From Candidatus Delongbacteria bacterium (lineage in GTDB: Bacteria > CAIWAD01), in NCBI GenBank assembly GCA_963663545.1, contig OY760505.1, forward strand, positions 672,001 through 736,000: a DNA stretch of 64,000 nucleotides, written 5' to 3'. Each line of letters opens with the position of its first letter. The stretch's first letter is position 1. Positions 8,988-23,816 of the stretch are shown one piece after another. Below the pieces are notes generated by a model. The model had not been told where the DNA came from, made no database searches, and saw only the letters and a program-made list of their open reading frames with translations. A program made the translations under genes and the position numbers.

Positions 8988-11900
8988 ACAGCCGGTTCAT
9001 CCTGATCAGCATTTCTTGTTGACGTTGACGTTCCTGTTCACGCTCGATCTGTGCGTCAAACAGCTCCTGCGTCAAGGTGGCAATCTGCTCCACCTCCACC
9101 TTCACGGCCACGGCGCCTCCGGATCCGTCGCGATCCTGCACCTCAACCGCCAGCAGGTTGTCTCCAGCCTGGATGAACTCACCCAGGTCGTAGCTTTCGA
9201 CACGTAGCACGCTTCCCGCCTCGGCCTGCCTTTCCTCGATGTACTCGCCATTGAAGAAAAGGTAGTAGGCGTCATCGGCGGCAATCTCAACCCGTGCTCC
9301 GGTCGGAGTACCATCCAGCGTAAACCGCGAACGGAAGAAGACCGTGTCGGCCTCGGCGCCCGCACTTGGCGCGGCAGCAAGCACGCGCAGGCGAAGATCA
9401 GCATTGACCTGTGTCACGCTGTCCGCGGGGACGCTTAGACTATCGGCCATTGAAGCTGCTGTCTCCAGTGTATCGAGGATTTGTATCACGGGATACATGG
9501 CAAGATCTGCCGCAGCCACTTCAAGCGTCTCAGGCGCGGCATCGGCACGCAGCAACCAGATAGCGGGAGCGCCCTCGGGACACACAATGCCCTCTGCTTG
9601 CATCACCTGCATCCAGCCCTGAGTCGTGCCCTCCAGCATATCCCAGCCGCTTTCGTAGCCGCGACGAGCCAGATAGCCTGTGGCGGTGGTAAAGAGCTTC
9701 TTGTTCTCGCCCAAACCGAACTTCTCACCAAAGCGAGCGGGGTCTTCTTGCGCTAGAGCGAAGTACAGTCGACGCGCAGGGACACTGACTGGGTTCACGC
9801 GTGAGATGATAGGCTCACTTTGCAGCATGACCTCTTTGGAAGAAACACCAAGAAAATAGGCGGCGTCCTCGAGGAACACGCTGGCATCCTGATCCACATA
9901 CAACTGGCTGCTCTGGAAGCGCTCCCAATAGATGTCCTTGATGCTGCGCAAGCTGTCCGCTAATTCAACCATTTTTCGCGAACGCTCCAAAGCACCGAGC
10001 GCCATACTGTCACACAACTCTGGCGCTAGAGTGGCGCCAAGCTGGTTGGCCTCAAGAATCTGGATCAGACGATCATAGATCATCAGCGAATTGATGGCAT
10101 AGCCCTGGTTGTAATCGGCCATATCCAGCACTTCGTTGCCATAATCTTCTTCCGCAAAACCGCGATTGTCCACGTAATCCTCGCCTCGATCCACCGTGCG
10201 TAGGAAGACGTCGACCGAATTGCCCATGGCAAGGTAGGCTTCATCAATGAAGGATGAATAAGCACCGGGCAGCAGAGCCAGCGTTGCTCGCACACGGGCT
10301 TCCACGCGTGGACGCCAATTGCGCTCCAGACCCACCTGTGCAATCAGCTCCAGCGCTTCGCGATAGGCCTCCACGACAGATTGCGTGGTAACCAGAGCCG
10401 CTCCGCCGTAAACACTATGATCCAGATCTGCCAGACGCATGAAGACATCGTCCCGGAACTGCGAACCGATACTAAGGCTTAGTGGCACGCGCTTCTCGTA
10501 TTCTGCCAGACTTGCCATCAGGATTTCGGGCACCTTTTCGCGTGAGCGGGATGTCCAAATGGTGCTTTCCGTCAATGAGCTGTCCATTAGGTCGGCCGCG
10601 CGCTTCAACTGAAGCTGCTGGGCCAGGCTGTCTTCGGGCGGCGACAGACTGTCGTTGTCGAAGGCGGCCAGGAAATCGGCCAAAGTGTCACGACGCTCAC
10701 GTAACGCGCGGCGCTGGCGCTGCAGGCTCTCCACAGCTCCTTCGAGCTCACGCGTTGTGGCCACATAGGATTCCACTGCCACCTTGGCCAGAAGATGGGC
10801 TGCATCCTGGATCTCGATTTCGCCTTGCACTTCCTGCGATGCCGTCGAGTAACTCACGCGCTCCTGCTCGCGGTAGGCACGGGCAAACTCCTCGTGACAC
10901 GCGGCAAGCAGGTAACGGGCATAGAAGACGTCGCCCGTACCCATGCCCACAAGCTCGTCCAGATCATGCAGCAAGGAGTCGCGACGACGCTTCTTCTCGT
11001 CGAGCTGACGGCTCAAGGTTGCCTGGGGCTGAGTCAGGTTGATCGCCTTGTATTCCTCAAAGGACCAGTCGATGATCTTGCGCAGTGCGCGTGCGGCGTA
11101 GAAGCTGTTGCCGTCCAACCCGCGAGCCCGCAGCTGACGGTTGCGCTGTACGGCCTGATCATACTCGCTGCGCGCCTCGTACTCGCGCTCTTGCCGCAAG
11201 AAGTAATCGCCGCGCTCCACATAGGCCTGCACCGTGCGGGGATCGTCCGGGAAAAGACGGGCGAAATCGGCATAGATGCGGTTGGCCGAATCGATATCAT
11301 CCAACTTCAAGTAGAGACCCGCATTGGCAAAGAGCACCAGATTGGCATCCTCGGCATCGGGATAGCGCTCCACGTAGAGCTGGTTCATGCGAATGGTGCC
11401 CAGGTAGTCCTTTTCCTGATCGTAGCAATAGGCGGCGTTGGTAATTGCCGTCTTGGCGTACTCTGACGAAGGGAACTCCATGGCCAGCTTCTCGAAGGTG
11501 ATGGCTGCCGCGTGCCAATCCTGCATCTCGTTGAGGAAGATGAAACCGGCCAGCGACACAGCACGATCGGCGAACTTGGATTGCGGGTAATGGTCGGCCA
11601 GATACAGGTACGTATCGGTGGCTTCAGGCCAAGCCTCGGCCTTGCTGAACTCGTCTGCGGCATCGTAGAGGGCCGCATCGGCAAAGGCGGCGTCCGGGAC
11701 TTCCAGCGCCGTACGCTTGAACTCCTGCGCAGCGCTCAAGTGGTCTTCGCTGCTGCGCAATTCATCGGCGAAGGCATAGGCGCTTTCGGCCTGGCGCGTA
11801 CGCGCACGGTCCACCAGCTCGGCACTCAGACCCAGCTGCTGAATGGTAACGGCCACGGCTTCGGCCTGTTGGAAGCTGCCAAGTGCGAAGAGGCCTTCGA

Positions 11901-13980
11901 GCTTCAGCTTGTAGGCTTCTTCAAATTGCGGCGTACCAGGATAGCTCTCGATGACGCGATCGAAGACCTCCACCGCGTGCGGGAAGGATTGATGGCTGTA
12001 ATATTGCTTGCCTGCCGTGAGCAAATAGTCGGGCGAATTCTCCGCTTCTGGAAAGAGCTCGACATAGTTCAGCAGCGCGGCCTCTTTCAACTCTTCCATC
12101 GGAGTCAGCCCAGTGACCGCAACACTTTCGGTCTCAGCTTCTTCCTCACCTTCAACCGTAACAGCTTCAGGCTCGGCGGGGGCTTCAGTCGGCTCTTCGA
12201 TCGGCTCTGCGATCGGCGCGGTCAGCTTTTCCTGATCCACCATGATCTGAGCGATCACAATGGCGTTGTAAGCGGCATCGTGCACATCGCGCCCGGGATA
12301 CTCGCGGCTGATGCTTAGATATTCCTCGTAGGCGGTGGGATAATCCTGCATCTCCGCTTCGAGGGTTTTGGCCATGTTCCAATGGATCAGATACGCGGCG
12401 GTATCTGCGGGGAAGGTGCGCAGATACTTGCGCGACAGATCGACAAACTCGTCCTGTTTCTCCTGCAGCCCCGAAGCGTAGGCCTGATGCATGGCAATGG
12501 TGACATTTTCCTGTAAATGCTGGTTCAACAGTCCATTCAGGCGGTCCTGATCGCTGACACCCACACGCTGACCCCAGGCAGATTCAGCCGAGAACTCGTC
12601 GTAGAGCTGATTCTTCTCCTGGTAGGCCATGGTTGGGTCGTTGAGCGCGCCCGGACTGTAGCAGAGAATGACCTTCTCCTGCACAAAGGGCAGTTCGGCG
12701 GAATCGGGATAGATGGCAATCAGGCTGTCGTAGGCCACCACAGCTTTTTCAAACTGCTGCACTTCGGTGCGATACAGGTCGCCATAGCGGTCCATCAACT
12801 GGAAGCCGAAACCCTCGCGCACGGCGCGATCGTCGCGCACATAGCTGGAAAGCGATGCGATGTTGGCCTTGTCCCAGTCGACGTCGGCAAAATTGATGGC
12901 GATGTAGGCAATGGACTCGTCCAGCAAAGCGGCGCTCAACTGGTCGCCTTCCTTCAGCTTGCTGGCAGCGTAGAGGGCGGCCTGCGTGAAGTAGTCGACG
13001 GAAGTTTCATTGTCTTCAAGCCGGTAATAGCACCAGCCCAGCTTGTAGAGCGCCTTCTCGCGGGCAGGATAGTCGTCGTAGCCCATGACCTGCGTGTAGC
13101 ACTCCACCGCCTGGCGGATGTTTTCGTCACCATCGCGACGGAACCAATACTCGGCCAGACGCATCCAGGCCTCGGGCGCATAGCGGCTCTGCGGAAAATC
13201 GCGCACCAGCTGCTCAAAAAGGCGGCGTGCCTCTTCCACTTGCACCGCATCACTACTGTTCTCGCGAATGTAGGCCACGTTGTACAGAGCGTCGTCCATG
13301 TATTCCGAGAAGGGAAACTCGTCGATGACCCGCTGATACTTCAGCACGGCATCGTTGAAATCACGAATCGGCTCCATGCCGGTTGGCAGGTTGGCCTCCA
13401 TGCGCGCCAGCATTTCGTCCTGGGCGTTGAAGTACTCTTCTTCGCTGCGGTCGTAATACAGCTCGGCCAAACGCAGACAGAGCTTGGCAACAACATCGCG
13501 CTGGCTGAACTGCTGCATCTGCCTGTTGCGCCGGTACTGGTACAGGAACTCTTCGCCCTTGGCCAGAATGTCGTCGCGCAGTTCGGTGCGGTGCGTGAGC
13601 AGTGTTTCCTGCTCGGCCAGGTAGCGCTGTTTGAGCGCTTCCAGCTGAGTAGCGTTCAAATCAAAAAGCGCGGCCTCCTCGATCTGCCGAAGCAGAGCGA
13701 TTAGACGGAGCTTCAATTTGGAGACTTCAATGTTCAGCTCGGTGCGCGTCTCACGATCGGCGGCCTGACGTTCCATGGCCAGCAACTCGTTGTACTGCGC
13801 CAGAATCGCTTCACCTTCGTCGATATAGGCACGCGTGGCCTCGCTCACCGACATACTGCGCACGCTTTCCCAGCGTTGTAGTACGTTCTGCTCAATGCGG
13901 ACGGCGTCGTCCTGTTGCGCCTGTGCGCTTTGCAGCAAAGCCAGACAGATCAGGATGAGGGTTGCCAGGCTGCGCATCAT
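8965..13980 (-). CDS. Giant secreted TPR protein (GltD/AgmU-like) with C-terminal jelly-roll domain
   Basis: Signal peptide; many TPR/BamD-like repeats (FPQSRYAPEAWMRLAEYWF, ALYKLGWCYY); C-terminal FRSRF...IAADDAYYLFFNG...GDNLLAVEV. Confidence 0.85.
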   Translation of the reverse strand: MMRSLATLILICLALLQSAQAQQDDAVRIEQNVLQRWESVRSMSVSEATRAYIDEGEAILAQYNELLAMERQAADRETRTELNIEVSKLKLRLIALLRQIEEAALFDLNATQLEALKQRYLAEQETLLTHRTELRDDILAKGEEFLYQYRRNRQMQQFSQRDVVAKLCLRLAELYYDRSEEEYFNAQDEMLARMEANLPTGMEPIRDFNDAVLKYQRVIDEFPFSEYMDDALYNVAYIRENSSDAVQVEEARRLFEQLVRDFPQSRYAPEAWMRLAEYWFRRDGDENIRQAVECYTQVMGYDDYPAREKALYKLGWCYYRLEDNETSVDYFTQAALYAASKLKEGDQLSAALLDESIAYIAINFADVDWDKANIASLSSYVRDDRAVREGFGFQLMDRYGDLYRTEVQQFEKAVVAYDSLIAIYPDSAELPFVQEKVILCYSPGALNDPTMAYQEKNQLYDEFSAESAWGQRVGVSDQDRLNGLLNQHLQENVTIAMHQAYASGLQEKQDEFVDLSRKYLRTFPADTAAYLIHWNMAKTLEAEMQDYPTAYEEYLSISREYPGRDVHDAAYNAIVIAQIMVDQEKLTAPIAEPIEEPTEAPAEPEAVTVEGEEEAETESVAVTGLTPMEELKEAALLNYVELFPEAENSPDYLLTAGKQYYSHQSFPHAVEVFDRVIESYPGTPQFEEAYKLKLEGLFALGSFQQAEAVAVTIQQLGLSAELVDRARTRQAESAYAFADELRSSEDHLSAAQEFKRTALEVPDAAFADAALYDAADEFSKAEAWPEATDTYLYLADHYPQSKFADRAVSLAGFIFLNEMQDWHAAAITFEKLAMEFPSSEYAKTAITNAAYCYDQEKDYLGTIRMNQLYVERYPDAEDANLVLFANAGLYLKLDDIDSANRIYADFARLFPDDPRTVQAYVERGDYFLRQEREYEARSEYDQAVQRNRQLRARGLDGNSFYAARALRKIIDWSFEEYKAINLTQPQATLSRQLDEKKRRRDSLLHDLDELVGMGTGDVFYARYLLAACHEEFARAYREQERVSYSTASQEVQGEIEIQDAAHLLAKVAVESYVATTRELEGAVESLQRQRRALRERRDTLADFLAAFDNDSLSPPEDSLAQQLQLKRAADLMDSSLTESTIWTSRSREKVPEILMASLAEYEKRVPLSLSIGSQFRDDVFMRLADLDHSVYGGAALVTTQSVVEAYREALELIAQVGLERNWRPRVEARVRATLALLPGAYSSFIDEAYLAMGNSVDVFLRTVDRGEDYVDNRGFAEEDYGNEVLDMADYNQGYAINSLMIYDRLIQILEANQLGATLAPELCDSMALGALERSRKMVELADSLRSIKDIYWERFQSSQLYVDQDASVFLEDAAYFLGVSSKEVMLQSEPIISRVNPVSVPARRLYFALAQEDPARFGEKFGLGENKKLFTTATGYLARRGYESGWDMLEGTTQGWMQVMQAEGIVCPEGAPAIWLLRADAAPETLEVAAADLAMYPVIQILDTLETAASMADSLSVPADSVTQVNADLRLRVLAAAPSAGAEADTVFFRSRFTLDGTPTGARVEIAADDAYYLFFNGEYIEERQAEAGSVLRVESYDLGEFIQAGDNLLAVEVQDRDGSGGAVAVKVEVEQIATLTQELFDAQIEREQERQRQQEMLIRMNRLYDKNRME

Positions 13981-16262
13981 TCCTGCTCCTCCGGCTCATT
14001 GGTCCGGGTTTCTTCGGGCGTCTCCTCCCCGGCGGATTGCGGCTCTGCCCCTCCTGTGGGGTCGATCTCTTCGGGGGTCTCCGTTTCCATGCCTTCAGGC
14101 TCGGTCTGCGCTTCCTCAACGGGCACCGCTGCTGGCACGGACTCCGGCTCTTCCTGTTGGGTGGATCGACTTACGCTACCCGACTGCAGGCCCTCGATTG
14201 TCTGCAGATAATCGTCCAGTTCGCGAATGCGGTCTTCGATGCGCTGCAGCTCGTCAAAGCGGATATCACCGATAGCAACACGCGAGAAGGCCAGCTCGGA
14301 CCAGCGGTCCAGATCGCTTTCGGGCGGAGTGGGACGGTTTTCTGCGGCACGGCGACGCAGCACCTGCACATCCTCATCCAGACGCTCCATGCGACGGCGA
14401 TACAGGCTGGCCTGCAGCTCGCTGTGGGAGTCGGAAAAGCTGGTGCCATCGATCTCCTGGATGCGATCCTCCAGCACGCGCAGTTCTACTCCCGAGCTGG
14501 TGGCCAGGGAATCCAACATGGCCAGCGCGGTTTTGGCCGTGCGCTCCTGCAGCAGCAAGGGATTGCGACTGATCTCGAGATAGCCCGACACGCGCACGCC
14601 CTGCAAAAGACGGCGAACCTCTTTCTGCAGGCTGGTGAACTCCTGGCGCGTGGACATATCCATGTTCTCGCCCTTTGTACGGGCCAGCTCACGCATCTGC
14701 TCGTTCAACTCGTCCAGCACGCGGCGCTCGTCCATGTAGTCGGCCATGACTTCGTTGGCCGTGAGCACCTCGGTATTCTTGACACGCTTCAGCAGTACAC
14801 GTGCCTTGTTGCGCAAACTCGAATAATCGGCCCAGGCCGCTTCGTCACCGCTCAGGAAGATATCCTGCTCGGCCTGCACCAGATGGCGCATCAGGCGAAT
14901 AAGCTCGCGCCGCTCCATGCCCAGATCGCGAAGCTTGCTGTTACGCTCCGAAGCATCCAGCACCTGATTGTAGATGTCAATGGCCTCGGCGTCGCGGTCC
15001 ATTTTCTCCGCCGCATAGCCCTGCAAGGTAATGGCCTCGTAGCGCAGCGAAGAAGAGGGATAATGCTCCACCAACTGATGCGCCAACTCAAAGGCCTCTT
15101 CGTGATCGGAAACGGAAAGCCCAGACCAGGCACGTCCCAGCAAAGCGTCTGCGTGCAACTGACTGCCGTTGCGCACTTGCGCGAACTCGCTGGAGGCACG
15201 GTCAAAATCCCCGGTCTCGAAGTAGAGGTAGCCCAGTTTCAAATGAATGTCGTCGCGTAGCACGGGAAACTCATCATGCCCCCAGCCGGGCTCGATGCGC
15301 ACCAGCAGTTCTTCAAGGACCTGAATTGCCGTGCTGTACTCTTCTTTGACGATGTAACTCAAGGAGATCATGTGCAAAGCGCGAATCTCGTACGCGTCCT
15401 CGGGCTTGATCTGCTCCATCTGCACAAGGCAATCGTCATACTCACCATTAATGAAGAAGACATAGCCCATCAGATAGAGGCATTCGCCATCCATCGACCG
15501 CGCTTTCTCGCGGCGCAATTCACGACGTACGACATCCAGCGCAAGACCGTCCTGACCGAAGGTAAGACGTACACGCAGTAAATGCTTGCATCCCTGCAGC
15601 GACCACGCGCTTTCGGGGAACTCGCTCAGCAGCTCTTCATACAGCGCAACCGCGCGATCCCAGAGTCCGGCGCTGTAGGCGGCCTCGGCCTGGAAGAAGA
15701 GAATGTCGTCTAAATTGGCGTAGGGATAGTCACTGCGCAGATCGTTGAACAACCGCTCAGCCAACAGGAAATCAGCGGCTGCGTAGGCTTCGATGGCCTG
15801 ATTCAGTTCAAAACGGAAATAGCCCTGCTGGGCTTCGGTGGGCGTGGTGGCGATTAGACGTGTCCGCAGTCGCTGCGCGGCGGCCTGTTTGTGCAACACA
15901 ATCTGCTGCTGGCGCTGTGCCCAAAAGGAGGCGAGGGCGAACTCGTCACCCTTCTCCGGCGGTCCGCCGTTTTGCGGTTCGCTAAGCAGAAGATCCAGAT
16001 CCTCACCAAGAACAGAAGGATCGGTTCCCGTACGCTCCAGCTCGTGAGCTATGCCGCGCATGCGCGCCGACAGCAGCTTCTCCTGGAGAATCAGGTCCTG
16101 CTTGATTCGCACCAGGTACTCGCGGTACCACTTCAATTGTTGGCGGGTGAAAGAGTCCTCTTGAACTGCGGGCGCGGCTTGCAGGGCAGTTGCCAAAAAG
16201 GCACCCACCACGAACAGCAGAATCAGGCTCTTCATCCTCGAGAATGGGCAATTACCAGTCAC
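13977..16262 (-). CDS. Secreted TPR protein with coiled-coil C-terminal half (Glt-like)
   Basis: GTG start with GGGAGAG RBS; signal peptide; TPRs (IHLKLGYLYFETGDFDRA, DALLGRAWS); acidic tail; stop overlaps the next start. Confidence 0.85.
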   Translation of the reverse strand: MTGNCPFSRMKSLILLFVVGAFLATALQAAPAVQEDSFTRQQLKWYREYLVRIKQDLILQEKLLSARMRGIAHELERTGTDPSVLGEDLDLLLSEPQNGGPPEKGDEFALASFWAQRQQQIVLHKQAAAQRLRTRLIATTPTEAQQGYFRFELNQAIEAYAAADFLLAERLFNDLRSDYPYANLDDILFFQAEAAYSAGLWDRAVALYEELLSEFPESAWSLQGCKHLLRVRLTFGQDGLALDVVRRELRREKARSMDGECLYLMGYVFFINGEYDDCLVQMEQIKPEDAYEIRALHMISLSYIVKEEYSTAIQVLEELLVRIEPGWGHDEFPVLRDDIHLKLGYLYFETGDFDRASSEFAQVRNGSQLHADALLGRAWSGLSVSDHEEAFELAHQLVEHYPSSSLRYEAITLQGYAAEKMDRDAEAIDIYNQVLDASERNSKLRDLGMERRELIRLMRHLVQAEQDIFLSGDEAAWADYSSLRNKARVLLKRVKNTEVLTANEVMADYMDERRVLDELNEQMRELARTKGENMDMSTRQEFTSLQKEVRRLLQGVRVSGYLEISRNPLLLQERTAKTALAMLDSLATSSGVELRVLEDRIQEIDGTSFSDSHSELQASLYRRRMERLDEDVQVLRRRAAENRPTPPESDLDRWSELAFSRVAIGDIRFDELQRIEDRIRELDDYLQTIEGLQSGSVSRSTQQEEPESVPAAVPVEEAQTEPEGMETETPEEIDPTGGAEPQSAGEETPEETRTNEPEEQE

Positions 16263-16417
16263 GCTCTCTCCCGTCCGGATTCCACGAACTGTACCGCTCC
16301 ACCGCGGTAGGGTCGCAGCACCCTTCGCGAGGCTTTATATTCCAAGAAATTAGAATTCCAATGGACCAATAGCAACGTTCCGCCAGAATAGGTCCTGTAT
16401 GCACCTCCGAACAGAAC

Positions 16418-19190
<2,773 letters not shown>

Positions 19191-19193
19191 CGC

Positions 19194-20819
<1,626 letters not shown>

Positions 20820-21350
20820 TCAGTTCTCGAGAAGCGCGTGGCGCATCTGCTCCAGACGTGTGCGCAGCGAAGCGTCAAGCTGCCGGTCCTCGACCCGTGC
20901 GACAAAGCCGCCCAGTAAGCGTGGATCCAGCTTGTGCTCCAGCTGTACCTGACGTCCGACCATGCGCGACAGCGTGGTGTGGATCTCATCCTTGAGGGAA
21001 TCACCCACTTCCGTCGCCGTCACCAGCGTACCCGTGACACGTCCCGCCTCGGCATCGGCGAACTCGCGCATCTCCTGCATCATCTGCGGCAGCAGTGCAG
21101 CCCTTCCCTTGCGTATCACAAGAGACAGGAAGGAACGAAAGAGCGGTCCCGACGAGGCGAAGACTTCTTCCACCACAGCCAATCGCTGTGCCAACTGCAC
21201 TTTGGGTGACAACAGAAATGCGGGCAGCTCGGTTTGCCAGACTTCCTCCAGCAGCGCCACGTCGGCCATCACGGCCTGCAGGCTGTCGCTTTCACGGGCA
21301 GCCTCCAGCAAGGCACGACTGTATTTGCGGCTGATGGGATCGCGGCTCAT
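20820..21350 (-). CDS. atpH: ATP synthase delta subunit
   Basis: [21 protein letters not shown]; operon position. Confidence 0.95.
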   Translation of the reverse strand: MSRDPISRKYSRALLEAARESDSLQAVMADVALLEEVWQTELPAFLLSPKVQLAQRLAVVEEVFASSGPLFRSFLSLVIRKGRAALLPQMMQEMREFADAEAGRVTGTLVTATEVGDSLKDEIHTTLSRMVGRQVQLEHKLDPRLLGGFVARVEDRQLDASLRTRLEQMRHALLEN

Positions 21351-21850
21351 GAGGCTCCGCCCATGTCCTTGAGCGTATCACGGATGATCGCTTCGTGATC
21401 CTGCGGCCCCAGGCTCTGACGTATCACCTGCTCGGCGGCGCGAATTGTCATATCCACGACTTCGCCTTTCAGGCTTTCCATGGCCTTACGGGACTGCAAC
21501 TCGGCTTCCTGCTCGGCACGCTGGCGAATCTGGCTGGCTTCCTCGCGGGTTGCGTTTAGCTGCTCTTCTTCAAGACGACGGGCACGCGCGCGGCCTTCAT
21601 CAATAATATGCTGCGCCTCGCTACGGGCCTGCCCCAGCTGTTCTTCCACCTGCTGGCGAGATTTGGTTGCGTTTTCCCGATCAAGGCGCGCCTGCTCGAT
21701 GTCATCGGCAATGCCCTTTTCGCGGGCCTCCAGCGCTGCAAGAATCGGCTTCCAGGCAAACTTGTGCAGAATGAACAGCACAATAATCAGGACGAGGATC
21801 GTCCAAGTCACCGAGCCCGGATCAAGAGAGAAGATTCTGTCAATAGTCAT
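21347..21850 (-). CDS. atpF: ATP synthase Fo subunit b
   Basis: N-terminal TM, KFAWKPIL..L..RE, coiled coil. ATG 21850 chosen for its AGGGG RBS. Confidence 0.95.
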   Translation of the reverse strand: MTIDRIFSLDPGSVTWTILVLIIVLFILHKFAWKPILAALEAREKGIADDIEQARLDRENATKSRQQVEEQLGQARSEAQHIIDEGRARARRLEEEQLNATREEASQIRQRAEQEAELQSRKAMESLKGEVVDMTIRAAEQVIRQSLGPQDHEAIIRDTLKDMGGAS

Positions 21851-21908
21851 CTTCAACCCCTGTACTTGACAAAGTGGACACCTTCCGTCGGTCCACTTTC
21901 GGGCATGG

Positions 21909-22130
21909 CTACTTAAGACCGATCAACATGGTCACGACAGTACCGAACAGGGCAACACCCTCGATCAGCGCTGCGGAAATGATCATGGCAAGCTGAATCT
22001 TGCCAGCAGCCTCAGGCTGACGCGAAATGGCTTCCATAGCCTGGCCACCAATGCGTCCGATACCCAGACCAGCACCCAAGGTCACCAGGCCAGCACCCAG
22101 ACCAGCACCCATCATTCCTAAAGTTTCCAT
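21909..22130 (-). CDS. atpE: ATP synthase Fo subunit c (H+-type)
   Basis: GxGxGxG, RQPE, ALIEGVALF; ATG 22130 after GGAG. Confidence 0.97.
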   Translation of the reverse strand: METLGMMGAGLGAGLVTLGAGLGIGRIGGQAMEAISRQPEAAGKIQLAMIISAALIEGVALFGTVVTMLIGLK

Positions 22131-22169
22131 GGTTCGCTCCAAAGTTTTGGTTATTGCTCGTTTTGTGTT

Positions 22170-23264
22170 CTAGTGTTGGTGAATTGCAGTACCTGTGAAA
22201 ATGGCCGTCAGCAGCGTGAAGATGTAGGCCTGCAAAAAGGCAACGAAGATTTCCATCATGCTGATGGCTACGGCTACCGCCACACAGGGAATAGCCAGCA
22301 CAGGCACGATGATCAGCCCAAGGAAGGCGGTCAGCACGGCGTGTCCGGCCATCATGTTGGCAAAAAGACGAACACAGAGGGCAAAGGGCTTGGTGATCAG
22401 ACCCAGCAGCTCAACGGGTGCCAGAATGATCAGCACAGGCCAGGGTACGCCGTGCGGGATAAGCCCTTTGAAATAGCCGACAAAGCCGTGCTCGCGAATA
22501 CCCGCCCATTGGATGAGGATAAAAGAGCAGAAAGCCAGTCCGGCGGTCACCGACAGGTTTCCGGTGGCACTTGAGCCCCAGGGCAACATGCCCAGCAGGT
22601 TCATCAGCAGAATGAAGAAGAACACCGTGAGGAAGTAGGGCATGTATTTGCGCCCCTCTTCGCCGGTATTCGGCAGAACCATTTCATCGCGCACAAAGAC
22701 AACCAGAGCCTCGATCACGTTTGCCCAACCGCGGACCCCCGGCTTTCCGGCCTTGTTGCGCACCGGCAGCACCATCAGCAACACCAGTGCCACGGCGAAC
22801 AGCATGAAGAGCATGTGCTTACTAAGCATGAAATAGGCGCGACCGTCCTCATCCTGCACTCGCCACAGAATGACCGGATTGCCCTCTGCAGTCGCACGGT
22901 GAATGCCATCGAGGAAAGGCACACGCACCTTCAGGTGACTCAGGTCGATGGGAAAACCAAAGAGCTCGAACTCCGGTTGATCGACAAGGTGATGTTCGAT
23001 GTTGTGCTTGATGATGGCACCCACCGAATGATCCTCGTGCCCGCCCCCATGCCCGTCCGCAGACTCGGCATGGGACTCACCATGTCCGTGATGCACATCA
23101 GCAGCCTCATCGGCGGTATGTGACACATGGTTTCCCTGGTCCGCGTCCGACTGATGCGTGACCGACTGATGGTGTTGCTCCTGCGCCGGAACACTTGTCG
23201 CTCCCGCGACAGAGAAACAGACGCCCAGCAACAGCACGAATAGAAGACGATGAATCTTAGTCAT
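22170..23264 (-). CDS. atpB: ATP synthase Fo subunit a with signal-like and His-rich N-terminal extension
   Basis: SATGNLSVT, PFALCVRLFANMMAGH, FLQAYIFTLL. Start probably ATG 23264. Confidence 0.96.
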   Translation of the reverse strand: MTKIHRLLFVLLLGVCFSVAGATSVPAQEQHHQSVTHQSDADQGNHVSHTADEAADVHHGHGESHAESADGHGGGHEDHSVGAIIKHNIEHHLVDQPEFELFGFPIDLSHLKVRVPFLDGIHRATAEGNPVILWRVQDEDGRAYFMLSKHMLFMLFAVALVLLMVLPVRNKAGKPGVRGWANVIEALVVFVRDEMVLPNTGEEGRKYMPYFLTVFFFILLMNLLGMLPWGSSATGNLSVTAGLAFCSFILIQWAGIREHGFVGYFKGLIPHGVPWPVLIILAPVELLGLITKPFALCVRLFANMMAGHAVLTAFLGLIIVPVLAIPCVAVAVAISMMEIFVAFLQAYIFTLLTAIFTGTAIHQH

Positions 23265-23565
23265 GTGGCTTCCCGGGATCGACATCACGTGACACTCGAC
23301 CATATAGTACGAATTGCAGGATAAGCAACGGCAAGAAAGTGGCCATCATGGCGAGGGCAAAATGCACCGCCGTATCACGGCTGTAATACACGACCGCCGC
23401 AACAAGCACCACAATCAGCAGCAGTTTCAGTAGAAAAGCAGCGACAAACCTTGCCATCAGTGTAGTGAGTTCCCCGCCGATGGCCGGACGAACCAGCAGG
23501 TGTCCAATCATGACGAAAAACAGGCCTGTCAGAATACCACTCGAAACCGCTAGCAGAGGACTCAT
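23257..23565 (-). CDS. atpI: ATP synthase protein I-like membrane protein
   Basis: Hydrophobic protein starting MSPLLAVSS between atpZ and atpB, overlapping both. Confidence 0.6.
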   Translation of the reverse strand: MSPLLAVSSGILTGLFFVMIGHLLVRPAIGGELTTLMARFVAAFLLKLLLIVVLVAAVVYYSRDTAVHFALAMMATFLPLLILQFVLYGRVSRDVDPGKPHD

Positions 23566-23816
23566 TTGTTCCTCTTCTTCTCTTCTTCCTCGCTCATCCT
23601 CTTCAACATGACCACCAGCCAGACCATCGCCAAGGTAAACCCAAGCACGGTTCCCAGCAAGGTCAGCCAAGGCAGCCATCCGAAACGAAGATCCAGACGA
23701 TACCCGCCATAAACACACAGCAGGAGCGTCAAGGCAAATCTCAACCCCAGATCCCCGTGCCGAGCAAGCTCATACATAAGGGAATCCGGTTTGGTCGGAC
23801 CACCCGACGGGGTCAC
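23562..23816 (-). CDS. AtpZ/AtpI family protein
   Basis: GLRFALTLLLCVYGGYRLDLRFGWLPWLTLLGTVLG pattern. Confidence 0.85.
   Translation of the reverse strand: MTPSGGPTKPDSLMYELARHGDLGLRFALTLLLCVYGGYRLDLRFGWLPWLTLLGTVLGFTLAMVWLVVMLKRMSEEEEKKRNK

Noticed and set aside
12517..15260. Long plus-strand ORFs (395 aa, 432 aa), and similar ones opposite atpA, fabG and 38484-39527
   Set aside because: Antisense shadows of well-supported genes, expected in GC-rich DNA.
21909..22130. Na+-translocating ATP synthase
   Set aside because: Subunit c has IEGVALF and lacks the Q...ES/T sodium-binding signature.
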